Origin: Octopus vulgaris
Taxonomy: Eukaryota
DNA length: 64,000 bases
Assembly (NCBI GenBank): GCA_951406725.2
Contig: OX597816.1
Span: 166,346,001 to 166,410,000 of the forward strand
Direction: 5' to 3'
A model generated the notes under the pieces. The model worked only from the letters and a program-made list of their open reading frames with translations, was not told the DNA's origin and made no database searches. This document shows, one piece after another, positions 12,208-26,984 of this stretch; position 1 is the stretch's first letter, and each line of letters opens with the position of its first letter. Both the position numbers and the translations under genes were made by a program.

Positions 12208-13306
12208 CTCTTCTACACTAGGCACAAGGCCCGAAATTTTGGGAGAGAGGGCCAGTCGACTAGATCGAACTCAATACAAAACTGGTACTTAATTTATCGA
12301 ACCCGAAAGGATGAAAAGCAAAGTTGACCTCGCCGGAATTTGAACTCAGAACGTAAAGACAGACGAAATAACGCTGATAATTTTGCCCGTTGTGCTAACG
12401 TTTCTGTCAGCCTTACAAATATTGAATATTCTTTTCTACTCTAGGCACAAGGTCCGAAATTTTGTGGGAGGGGGCCAGTCGATTAGATCGAACCCAGTAC
12501 GCAACTGACACTTAATTTATCAACTCCGAAAGGATGACAGACAAAATACCTATTTCTTTACAACCCACAAGAGGCTAAACACAGAGGGGAGAAACAAGGA
12601 CAGACAAACGGATTAAGTCGATTATATCGATCCCAGTGCGTAACTGGTACTTATTTAATCGACCCCGAAAGGATGAAAGGTAAAGTCGACCTCGGCGGAA
12701 TTTGAACTTAGAACGTAGCAGCAGACGAAATACCTATTTCTTTACTACCCACAAGAGGCTAAACACAGAGGGGAGAAACAAGGACAGACAACCGGATTAA
12801 GTCGATTATATCGACCCCAGTGCGTAACTGGTACTTATTTAATCGACCCCGAAAGGATGAAAGGTAAAGTCGACCTCGGCGGAATTTGAACTTAGAACGT
12901 AGCAGCAGACGAAATACCTATTTCTTTACTACCCACAAGAGGCTAAACACAGAGGGGAGAAACAAGGACAGACAAACGGATTAAGTCGATTATATCGACC
13001 CCAGTGCGTAACTGGTACTTATTTAATCGACCCCGAAAGGATGAAAGGCAAAGTCGACCTCGGCGGAATTTGAACTCAGAACGTAGCGGCAGACGAAATA
13101 CCTATTTCTTTACTACCCACAAGGGCTAAACACAGAGAGGACAAACAAGGACAGACAACCGGATTAAGTCGATTATATCGACCCCAGTGCGTAAATGATA
13201 CTTAATTTATCGATCCCGGAAAGATGAAAGGCAAAGTCGACCTCGGCGGAATTTGAATTCAGAACGTAACAGCAGACGAAATACTGCTAAGCATTTCGCC
13301 CGGCGT
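12208..13306 (-). repeat. SINE family 3 array with tandem 183-bp units (paralogue at ~16642-17923 has one more unit)
   Basis: Units recur at ~12545, 12728, 12911 and 13094. Confidence 0.9.
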
Positions 13307-14749
13307 ACTTAATATATGAGAATTCGTTAAAGGCGTCATGGCTGGCAGAGTTGTTACCACGTCAGGCAAAATGCTTTGCAGCATTTGATAAGCCTTCATG
13401 CTCTAAGTTGAAATAGACTTATCCTTCCCCCGAATTTGATGACCTTGTGCCAAAATTCGAAACCAAATATATCAGAATTCATTTATAACTGTAACCCTCT
13501 GTCAAAAAAACATCGATATTATCGTCTCATCCGTCCGTATTTACCACATGCTTATGTCTGCCAGTTATTCTCTAGATATCTACGAATTGATTTCGGCTAA
13601 GTTATACACTGTGTGTCTTTTCAGTAATATAAGCCAGGAAACAGACGAACCTGTTTCTCCACATCAGGACAATCGAATTCTTTACCAAGTCAATGTATAT
13701 GTATAAGGCTATACGTGTGTTTAAATTTCTGTAATTCAGTTTTAACTTAACTCAACTGGTTGTGTGTCTTGCATTAATATTTATTTAACTGAGTTGTAAG
13801 TTCCGTCATGAAAATTTGTCAAAGCATTATCAAATATACATAAATAAGAAAGCTAAAGGCTTTAGCAAAAGCAACAACAAACGATAAACAAATATCCGTC
13901 TAGTTTTTTGTTTTTGTGTTATTCCTGTAACAGGCACGTGTACTTTGTACTGGTTGTTATTTGATAGTATAGATGTGTAGGTTGTTGTTGAGCCAGCTAA
14001 TGTGATTAACTCAGAAGGCTGTAATCCCATTGGATAGTAAACCCGGATGAAGAATATATAAACAAGTTTGTAATTTTAAATACGTTTATTGTGGCCTCAC
14101 GTATATACACAACTGAATGACAAATGGAATGGTTGGTGCGTAGAGGCCATGATCTTATGTGCTTTATACTCCTATCTGCTAGCTGGCGTGTGATATGAGA
14201 ACCAGTCAGGTTACGTCTTCACAGTTCGCGTCCTAGTGCAGAAAGAGACAGAGGTGAGCGTCTGAACCTTAACGTTACGCAATGCCCTCTATATATGGCC
14301 AGCTTGTTTGAATCCACTGTCAAGGGGGTTAACTGCGCCTACAATAGGGTTCAGCCACTTCCAGAAATTTGCACATATGTAAATGCATAGAAGGGACACA
14401 ACTGACCAAATGAAGAAGGCGTTGGCCAGCTAACAAAAGAGTGTATCTGTTCAACGAAATAGTGCTAAGCCAATAAAGACATCTAACTCACGTTGGTTTT
14501 TACAGTTTCTTTGTTGGTAAAAGGTGTAGATATACCACATCGATGGAATCAATAAAATGATTGAAACATTAACAGATTAGAGTAGGAGTGACTGTGTGGG
14601 AAGTAGATTGCTTACCAACCACATAGTTCCGGGTTCAGTCCCACTGCGTGGCACCTTGGGCAAGTGTCTTCTACTATAGCCTCAGGCCAACCAAAGCCTT
14701 GAGAGTGGATTTGGTAGACGGAAACTGAAAGAAGCCCGTCGTATATATG

Positions 14750-14839
<90 letters not shown>

Positions 14840-15349
14840 TGTGTTTGACAACCGATGCTGGTGTGTTTAGGTCCCCGTAACTTAGGGGTTCGGCAAAAGA
14901 GACCTATAGAATAAGTACTAGGCTTACAACGAATAAGTCCTGGGATCGATTTGCTCAATCGACAAAAGGCGGTGCTACAGCATGGCCACAGTCAAATGAC
15001 TGAAACAAGTAAAAGAGTAAAAGAGATATAAACACAGCATGATGATTTGGATTAACACAGCTTTTTAATTAATTCAGTTTGCATTTATAATTATGTATCA
15101 CGTAATTATACATTTAATGATGTTTATCTTAATGAAACAGTTATTACGCACAATTAAAGTATGAAGATATGGGAAATTTATGGCTGATAGACGCAGATTA
15201 GGCTGTATGGCAAGAAGTTTGCTTCTCAACCACATAGTCCTAGGTTCGGTCCCACTGCGCGGCACCTTGGGCAGGTGTCTTCTATTATAGCCTCGGACCG
15301 ACTAAAGCCTTGAGAATGAATTTGGTAGACGGCAACTGAAAAGAAGCCG

Positions 15350-15423
<74 letters not shown>

Positions 15424-18400
15424 GTGTGTGCATGTGTGTGTGCATGTGTGTGTGTGTGTGTGTGTGTGCGGAAATTTGGGATGTGATTACGTCTAAACTA
15501 TTGTAGCTAATTTTAAAATTGCTCTTATGTAAGAGTTTAAAATATACTTATGCGTGGCGATGAACAGTTTTCTTAACACGGACAAGTAATTATTAGCGGC
15601 AATAAATGCAAGATACATGCTGCAGAGAGATGGGAGAGTCATAAAGGTAAACTAAATACCATATAGGGTAAATTCTTGATTTGTTGAATTCATCTTCGCT
15701 TCGAAAGAAGAGAAGCAATTGCTTGTTGGTAGTTAAGACGACTTCGAACGAGAAGGGAAGAAATTCTCGGGAGTCAGAAATCCCATAAAAACGACGTAAC
15801 ATAAGGAACAAGGACAGTCTTCTTTTCTCGGAAACTAGAAGATTCTGCCTCATTGGGTCTCGTGTGTGGGTGTACGTGTGTGTGTGCGCGTTCGTATGTG
15901 TGTGAGTGTGTGTGTATGTGCGTGTCATTTAGGCATTTACTCACAAAATTAAGTCCACCATTAAGTCCGCCATAAGGCGGCGAGCTGGCAGAAACGTTAG
16001 CACGCCGGGCGAAATGCTTAGCGGTATTTCGTCTGCCGCTATGTTCTGAGTTCAAATTCCGGCGATGTCGACTTTGCTTTCCATCCTTTCGGGGTCGATT
16101 AAATGAGTACCAGTTACGCACTGGTGTCGAGATAATCGACTTAATCCGTTTGACTGTCCTTGCTTGTCCTCTCTGTGTTTAACCCCTTGTGGGTAGTAAA
16201 GAAATAGGTATTTCGTCTGCCGCTACGTTCTGAGTTCAAATTCCGCCGAGGTTTACTTTACCTTTCATCCTTTCGGGGTTGATAAATAAAGTACCAGTTA
16301 TGCACTGGGGTTGATGTAATCGATTTAATATACTTGTCTGTCCTTGTTTGTCCCCTCTATGTTTAGCCCCTTTTGGGCAATAAATAAATATGAATCGTTA
16401 GCACGCCGGGTGAAGTGTTTAGCAGTATTTCGTCTGCCACTACGTTATGAGTTCGAGTTCCGCCGAGGTCGACTTTGCCTTTCATCCTTTCGGGGTAGAT
16501 AAATTAAGTACAAGTGAAACACTGTGGTTCTATATAATCGACTAGCCCCTTCTTCAAAATTTCAACGCCTTGTACCTTTAGTAGAAAGGATTATTTCATT
16601 GAGAAGGTTTCAAATCTCACTAGACTGGATTCGATATAATTCTCTTCTACACTGGGCACAAGGCCCGAAATTTTGGGAGAGAGGGCCAGTCGACTAGATC
16701 GAACTCAATACAAAACTGGTACTTAATTTATCGAACCCGAAAGGATGAAAAGCAAAGTTGACCTCGCCGGAATTTGAACTCAGAACGTAAAGACAGACGA
16801 AATAACGCTGATAATTTTGCCCGTTGTGCTAACGTTTCTGTCAGCCTTACAAATATTGAATATTCTTTTCTACTCTAGGCACAAGGTCCGAAATTTTGTG
16901 GGAGGGGGCCAGTCGATTAGATCGAACCCAGTACGCAACTGGCACTTAATTTATCAACTCCGAAAGGATGACAGACAAAATACCTATTTCTTTACAACCC
17001 ACAAGAGGCTAAACACAGAGGGGAGAAACAAGGACAGACAAACGGATTAAGTCGATTATATCGATCCCAGTGCGTAACTGGTACTTATTTAATCGACCCC
17101 GAAAGGATGAAAGGTAAAGTCGACCTCGGCGGAATTTGAACTTAGAACGTAGCAGCAGACGAAATACCTATTTCTTTACTACCCACAAGAGGCTAAACAC
17201 AGAGGGGAGAAACAAGGACAGACAAACGGATTAAGTCGATTATATCGATCCCAGTGCGTAACTGGTACTTATTTAATCGACCCCGAAAGGATGAAAGGTA
17301 AAGTCGACCTCGGCGGAATTTGAACTTAGAACGTAGCAGCAGACGAAATACCTATTTCTTTACTACCCACAAGAGGCTAAACACAGAGGGGAGAAACAAG
17401 GACAGACAAACGGATTAAGTCGATTATATCGACCCCAGTGCGTAACTGGTACTTATTTAATCGACCCCGAAAGGATGAAAGGCAAAGTCGACCTCGGCGG
17501 AATTTGAACTCAGAACGTAGCGGCAGACGAAATACCTATTTCTTTACTACCCACAAGAGGCTAAACACAGAGGGGAGAAACAAGGACAGACAAACGGATT
17601 AAGTCGATTATATCGACCCCAGTGCGTAACTGGTACTTATTTAATCGACCCCGAAAGGATGAAAGGCAAAGTCGACCTCGGCGGAATTTGAACTCAGAAC
17701 GTAGCGGCAGACGAAATACCTATTTCTTTACTACCCACAAGGGCTAAACACAGAGAGGACAAACAAGGACAGACAACCGGATTAAGTCGATTATATCGAC
17801 CCCAGTGCGTAAATGATACTTAATTTATCGATCCCGGAAAGATGAAAGGCAAAGTCGACCTCGGCGGAATTTGAATTCAGAACGTAGCGGCAGACGAAAT
17901 ACTGCTAAGCATTTCGCCCGGCGTACTTAATATATGAGAATTCGTTAAAGGCGTCATGGCTGGCAGAGTTGTTACCACGTCAGGCAAAATGCTTTGCAGC
18001 ATTTGATAAGCCTTCATGCTCTAAGTTGAAATAGACTTATCCTTCCCCCGAATTTGATGACCTTGTGCCAAAATTCGAAACCAAATATATCAGAATTCAT
18101 TTATAACTGTAACCCTCTGTCAAAAAACATCGATATTATCGTCTCATCCGTCCGTATTTACCACATGCTTATGTCTGCCAGTTATTCTCTAGATATCTAC
18201 GAATTGATTTCGGCTAAGTTATACACTGTGTGTCTTTTCAGTAATATAAGCCAGGAAACAGACGAACCTGTTTCTCCACATCAGGACAATCGAATTCTTT
18301 ACCAAGTCAATGTATATGTATAAGGCTATACGTGTGTTTAAATTTCTGTAATTCAGTTTTAACTTAACTCAACTGGTTGTGTGTCTTGCATTAATATTTA

Positions 18401-19366
18401 TTTAACTGAGTTGTAAGTTCCGTCATGAAAATTTGTCAAAGCATTATCAAATATACATAAATAAGAAAGCTAAAGGCTTTAGCAAAAGCAACAACAAACG
18501 ATAAACAAATATCCGTCTAGTTTTTTGTTTTTGTGTTATTCCTGTAACAGGCACGTGTACTTTGTACTGGTTGTTATTTGATAGTATAGATGTGTAGGTT
18601 GTTGTTGAGCCAGCTAATGTGATTAACTCAGAAGGCTGTAATCCCATTGGATAGTAAACCCGGATGAAGAATATATAAACAAGTTTGTAATTTTAAATAC
18701 GTTTATTGTGGCCTCACGTATATACACAACTGAATGACAAATGGAATGGTTGGTGCGTAGAGGCCATGATCTTATGTGCTTTATACTCCTATCTGCTAGC
18801 TGGCGTGTGATATGAGAACCAGTCAGGTTACGTCTTCACAGTTCGCGTCCTAGTGCAGAAAGAGACAGAGGTGAGCGTCTGAACCTTAACGTTACGCAAT
18901 GCCCTCTATATATGGCCAGCTTGTTTGAATCCACTGTCAAGGGGGTTAACTGCGCCTACAATAGGGTTCAGCCACTTCCAGAAATTTGCACATATGTAAA
19001 TGCATAGAAGGGACACAACTGACCAAATGAAGAAGGCGTTGGCCAGCTAACAAAAGAGTGTATCTGTTCAACGAAATAGTGCTAAGCCAATAAAGACATC
19101 TAACTCACGTTGGTTTTTACAGTTTCTTTGTTGGTAAAAGGTGTAGATATACCACATCGATGGAATCAATAAAATGATTGAAACATTAACAGATTAGAGT
19201 AGGAGTGACTGTGTGGGAAGTAGATTGCTTACCAACCACATAGTTCCGGGTTCAGTCCCACTGCGTGGCACCTTGGGCAAGTGTCTTCTACTATAGCCTC
19301 AGGCCAACCAAAGCCTTGAGAGTGGATTTGGTAGACGGAAACTGAAAGAAGCCCGTCGTATATATG

Positions 19367-19460
<94 letters not shown>

Positions 19461-19952
19461 TGTCTGTGTTTAGGTCCCCGTAACTTAGGGGTTCGGCAAA
19501 AGAGACCTATAGAATAAGTACTAGGCTTACAACGAATAAGTCCTGGGATCGATTTGCTCAATCGACAAAAGGCGGTGCTACAGCATGGCCACAGTCAAAT
19601 GACTGAAACAAGTAAAAGAGTAAAAGAGATATAAACACAGCATGATGATTTGGATTAACACAGCTTTTTAATTAATTCAGTTTGCATTTATAATTATGTA
19701 TCACGTAATTATACATTTAATGATGTTTATCTTAATGAAACAGTTATTACGTACAATTAAAGTATGAAGATATGGGAAATTTATGGCTGATAGACGCAGA
19801 TTAGGCTGTGTGGCAAGAAGTTTGCTTCTCAACCACATAGTCCTAGGTTCGGTCCCACTGCGCGGCACCTTGGGCAGGTGTCTTCTATTATAGCCTCGGA
19901 CCGACTAAAGCCTTGAGAATGAATTTGGTAGACGGCAACTGAAAAGAAGCCG

Positions 19953-20031
<79 letters not shown>

Positions 20032-20068
20032 CGTGTGTGTGTGCGTGTGTGTGTGCATGTGTGTGTGC

Positions 20069-20102
<34 letters not shown>

Positions 20103-22085
20103 ATGTGTCCCACCACCGCTTGATAATCAGCGTTGATGTATTTACGGCCTTGTAACCTATCGGTTCGGCAAAAAGGAACGATAGAAATGTTTAGCTTTAA
20201 AAGAGTTAGTACATGTTGGATTTCAACGTCTTGCCATTAGCTGAGCTCTTAATTATCAAGGATACTTTCTTTGATGTTTATCCATCGATTCTCTATATGG
20301 ATCGCGGCACTTCGTCGGTTACGACGACGAGGGTTCCAGTTGATCCGATCAACGGAACAGCCTGCTCGTGAAATTAACGTGTAAGTGGCTGAGCACTCCA
20401 CAGACACGTGCACCCTTAACGTAGTTCTCGGGGGAAGAATAAGCGTGACACAGTGAGTGACAAGGCTGGCCCTTTGAAATACAGGTACAACAGAATCAGA
20501 AAGAAAGAGTGAGCGAAATTTGTGGTGAAAGAGTATAGCGGGGTTTGCCATCACCCCCTGCCGGAGAATCGTGGAGCTTTAGGTGTTTTCGCTCAATAAA
20601 CACTCACAACGCCCGGTCTGGGAATCGAAACCGCGATCCCACGACCGCCAGTCCGCTGCCCTAACCACTGAGTCATTGCGCCTCCACTCTATATGGATAC
20701 ATCTAGCTCATCGTTAGAATCAATAAAAAAATTGTAGAATTAAAAAAACATTTCGTTGGACACCGAATTCTCATTAGTATACACCGTTTAGCGTGGAGGC
20801 GCAATGGCCCAGTGGTTAGGGCAGCGGACTCGCGGTCTTTGGATCGCGGTTTCGATTCCCAGACCGGGCGTTATGAGTGTTTATTGAGCGAAAACACCTA
20901 AAAGCTCAACTTTCTCTCACTCTTACTGCCTGTTTCTGTTGTACCTGTATTTCAAGGGGCCGGCCTTGTCACTCTCTGTGTCACGCTGAATATACCCGAG
21001 AACTACGTTAAGGGTGCACGTGTCTGTGGAGTGCTCAGCCACTTACACGTTAATTTCACGAGCAGGCTGTTCCGTTGATTCGGATCAACCGGAACCCTCA
21101 TCGTCTTAACCGACGGAGTGCTTCCACACCGTTTAGCATATGTAGCTAAAACTCATTGATAGAATCAATAAGATGATTGTAGGTTGAACGAATATTTCGT
21201 TACCGTGTAATGTAATATCGAATCCTTTAGTAGACAAATGGTAGCATTGGAAAGCTTGGGATGCCTGAATTGGCTTTGATCTAATTTGTATACTTTGCTC
21301 TCACCTGTGAAATTCATAAAAGAAAGAAATATAAGTTGACCTACAATTAGTGTATGGGTTAAATGTCTCCATTTAGTAATATGAATAGAAAGAAATAACA
21401 AGAGTTAAAGGAAAAGAAAACGTTTTCTTAACATTTTTTTTTTATGATTCGAATATATTTCACTCCACAAATAACTATAACTACTAATAACTTGTGGGAT
21501 CTAGTCGTTAAACGTCACCATAGAAAGAAATAACAAGAGTTAACAAAGGAAAAGAAAAAGTTTTCTTAACATTTTTTTTTTATGATTCGAATACATTTCA
21601 CTCCACAAATAACTATAACTACTTCTTAAGCACTCCGTCGGTTACGACGATGAGGGTTCCGGTTGATCCGAATCAACAGAACAGCCTGCTCGTGAAATTA
21701 ACATTTGCTTCAATGTTATTTATTTTTTACATTAATCTTAATCTTATTTCGGCCAGAGTTCTTTCGTCACACTCCTGTGACCGCATCAGTGGTCCTTTTT
21801 TTTCTTCTTACTTATTTTATTGGCTAAACTGGCAAAATGACCATTCCTAAATACAACAATATCTGTTTCAACACACGACTTCACATAAAAAATCTTGCAC
21901 AACAAATATTTAAACGTATATATATATATATATATATATATAACCACATAGTCTCAGGTTCGATCCCATTGCGTGGCACCTTAGGCAGGTGTCTTCTATT
22001 ATAGTCTCGGACCGACTAAAGCCTTGGGAATGAATTTGGTAGACGGCAACTGAGTGGAAACGATTGTGTGCGTGTGTGTATGTGC

Positions 22086-22120
<35 letters not shown>

Positions 22121-24158
22121 TATGTGTGTGTGTGTGTGTGTGTGTGTCTGTCTGTGTGTATGTCTGTCTGTCTGTCCTCCGACACCGCTTGATAATCGGC
22201 GTTGATATATTTATGGCCTCGTAACACATCGATTCGGCAAAAGGGAACGATAGAAGAAGTGTTAAGCTTTTAAAGTATAAGTACTGGTGTCGATTCGTTC
22301 GGCTAAAATCCTTCAGGGCGGCGTTCCAGCATGGCCACAGTCTATTGACCGTAACAAATAAGGAAAAAATGCTTTCATGCTAAATATGTTGCTCTTAAAA
22401 ACGATTTTATCCGATTGTGTAAATTCATGGAAGGGGATCCCACTGGATATACTGCAATGTAAATACATGTTGGATTTCAATGTCCTGTTATTAACTGAGC
22501 TCTTAATTATCAAGGATCCTTTATATAATGTAAATACATCTATTCTCTATATGGATTGCGGCACTCCGTCGGTTACGACGACGAGTGTTGCAGTTGACCC
22601 GATCAACGGAACAGCCTGCTCGTGAAATTAACGTGCAAGCGGCTGAGCACTCCACAGACACGTGTAGCTTTAACGTAGTTCTCAGGGGAAGAATAAGCGT
22701 GACACAGTGTGTCACAAGGCTGGCCCTTTGAAATACAGGTACAACAGAAACAGGAAGAAAGAGTAAGCGAAATTTGTGGTGAAAGAGTATAGCGGGGTTT
22801 GCCATCACCCCTGCCGGAGAATCGTGGAGCTTTAGGTGTTTTCGCTCAATAAGCACTCACAACGCCCGGTCTGGGAATCGAAACCGCGATCCCACGACCG
22901 CCAGTCCGCTGCCCTAACCACTAGGTCATTGCGCCACCACTCTATATGGATACATATAGCACATCGTTAGAATCAATAAAAAAAATTGTAGAATTAAAAA
23001 AACATTTCGTTGGACACCGAATTCTCATTAGTATACACCGTTTAGCGTGGAGGCGCAATGGCCCAGTGGTTAGGGCAGCGGACTCGCGGTCTTTGGATCG
23101 CGGTTTCGATTCCCAGACCGGGCGTTGTGAGTGTTTATTGAACGAAAACACCTAAAAGCTCAACTTTCTTTCACTCTTACTGCCTGTTTCTGTTGTACCT
23201 GTATTTCAAGGGGCCGGCCTTGTCACTCTCTGTGTCACGCTGAATATACCCGAGAACTACGTTAAGGGTGCACGTGTCTGTGGAGTGCTCAGCCACTTAC
23301 ACGTTAATTTCACGAGCAGGCTGTTCCGTTGATTCGGATCAACCGGAACCCTCATCGTCTTAACCGACGGAGTGCTTCCACACCGTTTAGCATATGTAGC
23401 TAAAACTCATTGATAGAATCAATAAGATGATTGTAGGTTGAACGAATATTTCGTTACCGTGTAATGTAATATCGAATCCTTTAGTAGACAAATGGTAGCA
23501 TTGGAAAGCTTGGGATGCCTGAATTGGCTTTGATCTAATTTGTATACTTTGCTCTCACCTGTGAAATTCATAAAAGAAAGAAATATAAGTTGACCTACAA
23601 TTAGTGTATGGGTTCAATGTCTCCATTTAGTAATATGAATAGAAAGAAATAACAAGAGTTAAAGGAAAAGAAAAAGTTTTGTTAACATTTTTTTTTTATG
23701 ATTCGAATATATTTCACTCCACAAATAACTATAACTACTAATAACTTGTGGGATCTGGTCGTTAAACGTCACCATAGAAAGAAATAACAAGAGTTAACAA
23801 AGGAAGGAGAAAAAGTTTTGTTAACATTTTTTTTTTATGATTCTATAACTAAATAACTATAACTACTAATAACTTGTGGGATCTCCGTCGGTTAAACGTC
23901 ACCGGTTGATCCGAATCAACAGAACAGCCTGCTCGTGAAAAGTTTTGCTTAACAATGTTATTTATTTTTTACATTAATCTTAATCTTAATTTCGGCCAGA
24001 GTTCTTTCGTCACACTCACCTGTGACCGCATCAGTGGTTTTTTTTTCTTCTTACTTATTTTATTGGCTAAACTGGCAAAATGACCATTCCTAAATACAAC
24101 AATATCTGTTTCAACACACGACTTCACATAAAAAATCTTGCACAACAAATATTTAAAC

Positions 24159-24190
<32 letters not shown>

Positions 24191-24334
24191 CCACATAGTC
24201 TCAGGTTCGATCCCATTGCGTGGCACCTTAGGCAGGTGTCTTCTATTATAGTCTCGGACCGACTAAAGCCTTGGGAATGAATTTGGTAGACGGCAACTGA
24301 GTGGAAACGATTGTGTGCGTGTGTAACTATGTGC

Positions 24335-24369
<35 letters not shown>

Positions 24370-26416
24370 TATGTGTGTGTGTGTGTGTGTGTGTGTCTGT
24401 CTGTGTGTATGTCTGTCTGTCTGTCCTCCGACACCGCTTGATAATCGGCGTTGATATATTTATGGCCTCGTAACACATCGATTCGGCAAAAGGGAACGAT
24501 AGAAGAAGTGTTAAGCTTTTAAAGTATAAGTACTGGTGTCGATTCGTTCGGCTAAAATCCTTCAGGGCGGCGTTCCAGCATGGCCACAGTCTATTGACCG
24601 TAACAAATAAGGAAAAAATGCTTTCATGCTAAATATGTTGCTCTTAAAAACGATTTTATCCGATTGTGTAAATTCATGGAAGGGGATCCCACTGGATATA
24701 CTGCAATGTAAATACATGTTGGATTTCAATGTCCTGTTATTAACTGAGCTCTTAATTATCAAGGATCCTTTATATAATGTCAATACATCTATTCTCTATA
24801 TGGATTGCGGCACTCCGTCGGTTACGACGACGAGTGTTGCAGTTGACCCGATCAACGGAACAGCCTGCTCGTGAAATTAACGTGCAAGCGGCTGAGCACT
24901 CCACAGACACGTGTAGCTTTAACGTAGTTCTCAGGGGAAGAATAAGCGTGACACAGTGTGTCACAAGGCTGGCCCTTTGAAATACAGGTACAACAGAAAC
25001 AGGAAGAAAGAGTAAGCGAAATTTGTGGTGAAAGAGTATAGCGGGGTTTGCCATCACTCCCTGCCGGAGAATCGTGGAGCTTTAGGTGTTTTCGCTCAAT
25101 AAGCACTCACAACGCCCGGTCTGGGAATCGAAACCGCGATCCCACGACCGCCAGTCCGCTGCCCTAACCACTAGGTCATTGCGCCTCCACTCTATATGGA
25201 TACATATAGCACATCGTTAGAATCAATAAAAAAATTGTAGAATTAAAAAAACATTTCGTTGGACACCGAATTCTCATTAGTATACACCGTTTAGCGTGGA
25301 GGCGCAATGGCCCAGTGGTTAGGGCAGCGGACTCGCGGTCTTTGGATCGCGGTTTCGATTCCCAGACCGGGCGTTGTGAGTGTTTATTGAGCGAAAACAC
25401 CTAAAAGCTCAACTTTCTCTCACTCTTACTGCCTGTTTCTGTTGTACCTGTATTTCAAGGGGCCGGCCTTGTCACTCTCTGTGTCACGCTGAATATACCC
25501 GAGAACTACGTTAAGGGTGCACGTGTCTGTGGAGTGCTCAGCCACTTACAAGTTAATTTCACGAGCAGGCTGTTCCGTTGATTCGGATCAACCGGAACCC
25601 TCATCGTCTTAACCGACGGAGTGCTTCCACACCGTTTAGCATATGTAGCTAAAACTCATTGATAGAATCAATAAGATGATTGTAGGTTGAACGAATATTT
25701 CGTTACCGTGTAATGTAATATCGAATCCTTTAGTAGACAAATGGTAGCATTGGAAAGCTTGGGATGCCTGAATTGGCTTTGATCTAATTTGTATACTTTG
25801 CTCTCACCTGTGAAATTCATAAAAGAAAGAAATATAAGTTGACCTACAATTAGTGTATGGGTTCAATGTCTCCATTTAGTAATATGAATAGAAAGAAATA
25901 ACAAGAGTTAAAGGAAAAGAAAACGTTTTCTTAACATTTTTTTTTATGATTCGAATATATTTCACTCCACAAATAACTATAACTACTAATAACTTGTGGG
26001 ATCTAGTCGTTAAACGTCACCATAGAAAGAAATAACAAGAGTTAACAAAGGAAAAGAAAAAGTTTTCTTAACATTTTTTTTTATGATTCGAATACATTTC
26101 ACTCCACAAATAACTATAACTACTTCTTAAGCACTCCGTCGGTTACGACGATGAGGGTTCCGGTTGATCCGAATCAACAGAACAGCCTGCTCGTGAAATT
26201 AACATTTGCTTCAATGTTATTTATTTTTTGCATTAATCTTAATCTTATTTCGGCCAGAGTTCTTTCGTCACACTCCTGTGACCGCATCAGTGGTCCTTTG
26301 TTTTCTTCTTACTTATTTTATTGGCTAAACTGGCAAAATGACCATTCCTAAATACAACAATATCTGTTTCAACACACGACTTCACATAAAAAATCTTGCA
26401 CAACAAATATTTAAAC

Positions 26417-26469
<53 letters not shown>

Positions 26470-26957
26470 ACCACATAGTCTCAGGTTCGATCCCATTGCG
26501 TGGCACCTTAGGCAGGTGTCTTCTATTATAGCCTCGGACCGACTAAAGCCTTGGGAATGAATTTGGTAGACAGCAACTGAGTGGAAACGGTTGTATGCGT
26601 GTGTGTATGTGCGTGTGTGTGTGTGTGTGTGTGCGTGTGTGTGTGTGTATGTGTGTGTGTGTGTATGTGTGTGTGTATGTCTGTCTGTGTGTCTGTCTGT
26701 CTGTCTGTCCTCCGACACCGCTTGATAATCGGCGTTGATATATTTAGGGCCTCGTAACTCATCGATTCGGCAAAAGGGAACGATAGAAGAAGTGTTAAGC
26801 TTTTAAAGTATAAGTACTGGTGTCGATTCGTTCGGCTAAAATCCTTCAGGGCGGCGTTCCAGCATGGCCACAGTCTATTGACCGTAACAAATAAGGAAAA
26901 AATGCTTTCATGCTAAATATGTTGCTCTTAAAAACGATTTTATCCGATTGTGTAAAT

Positions 26958-26984
26958 TCATGGAAGGGGATCCCACTGGATATA
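26958..26984 (-). other. Candidate minus-strand exon B (also 24674-24700 and 22425-22451)
   Basis: Acceptor TTTACATTGCAG, then TAT ATC CAG TGG GAT CCC CTT CCA TGA (YIQWDPLP*). Its phase matches exon A. Confidence 0.3.

Larger units (their letters stand above)
11036..20075. repeat. Tandem segmental duplication, 2 copies (11036-15469; 15470-~20075)
   Basis: Near-identical sequence at offset 4434, becoming 4617 after one extra 183-bp unit. The junction lies at the end of a (GT)n tract. Confidence 0.95.

Noticed and set aside
12545-17923. Regular 183-bp repeats as a possible CRISPR array
   Set aside because: The units are fully repeated with no unique spacers, there are no cas genes, and the context is a eukaryotic SINE.
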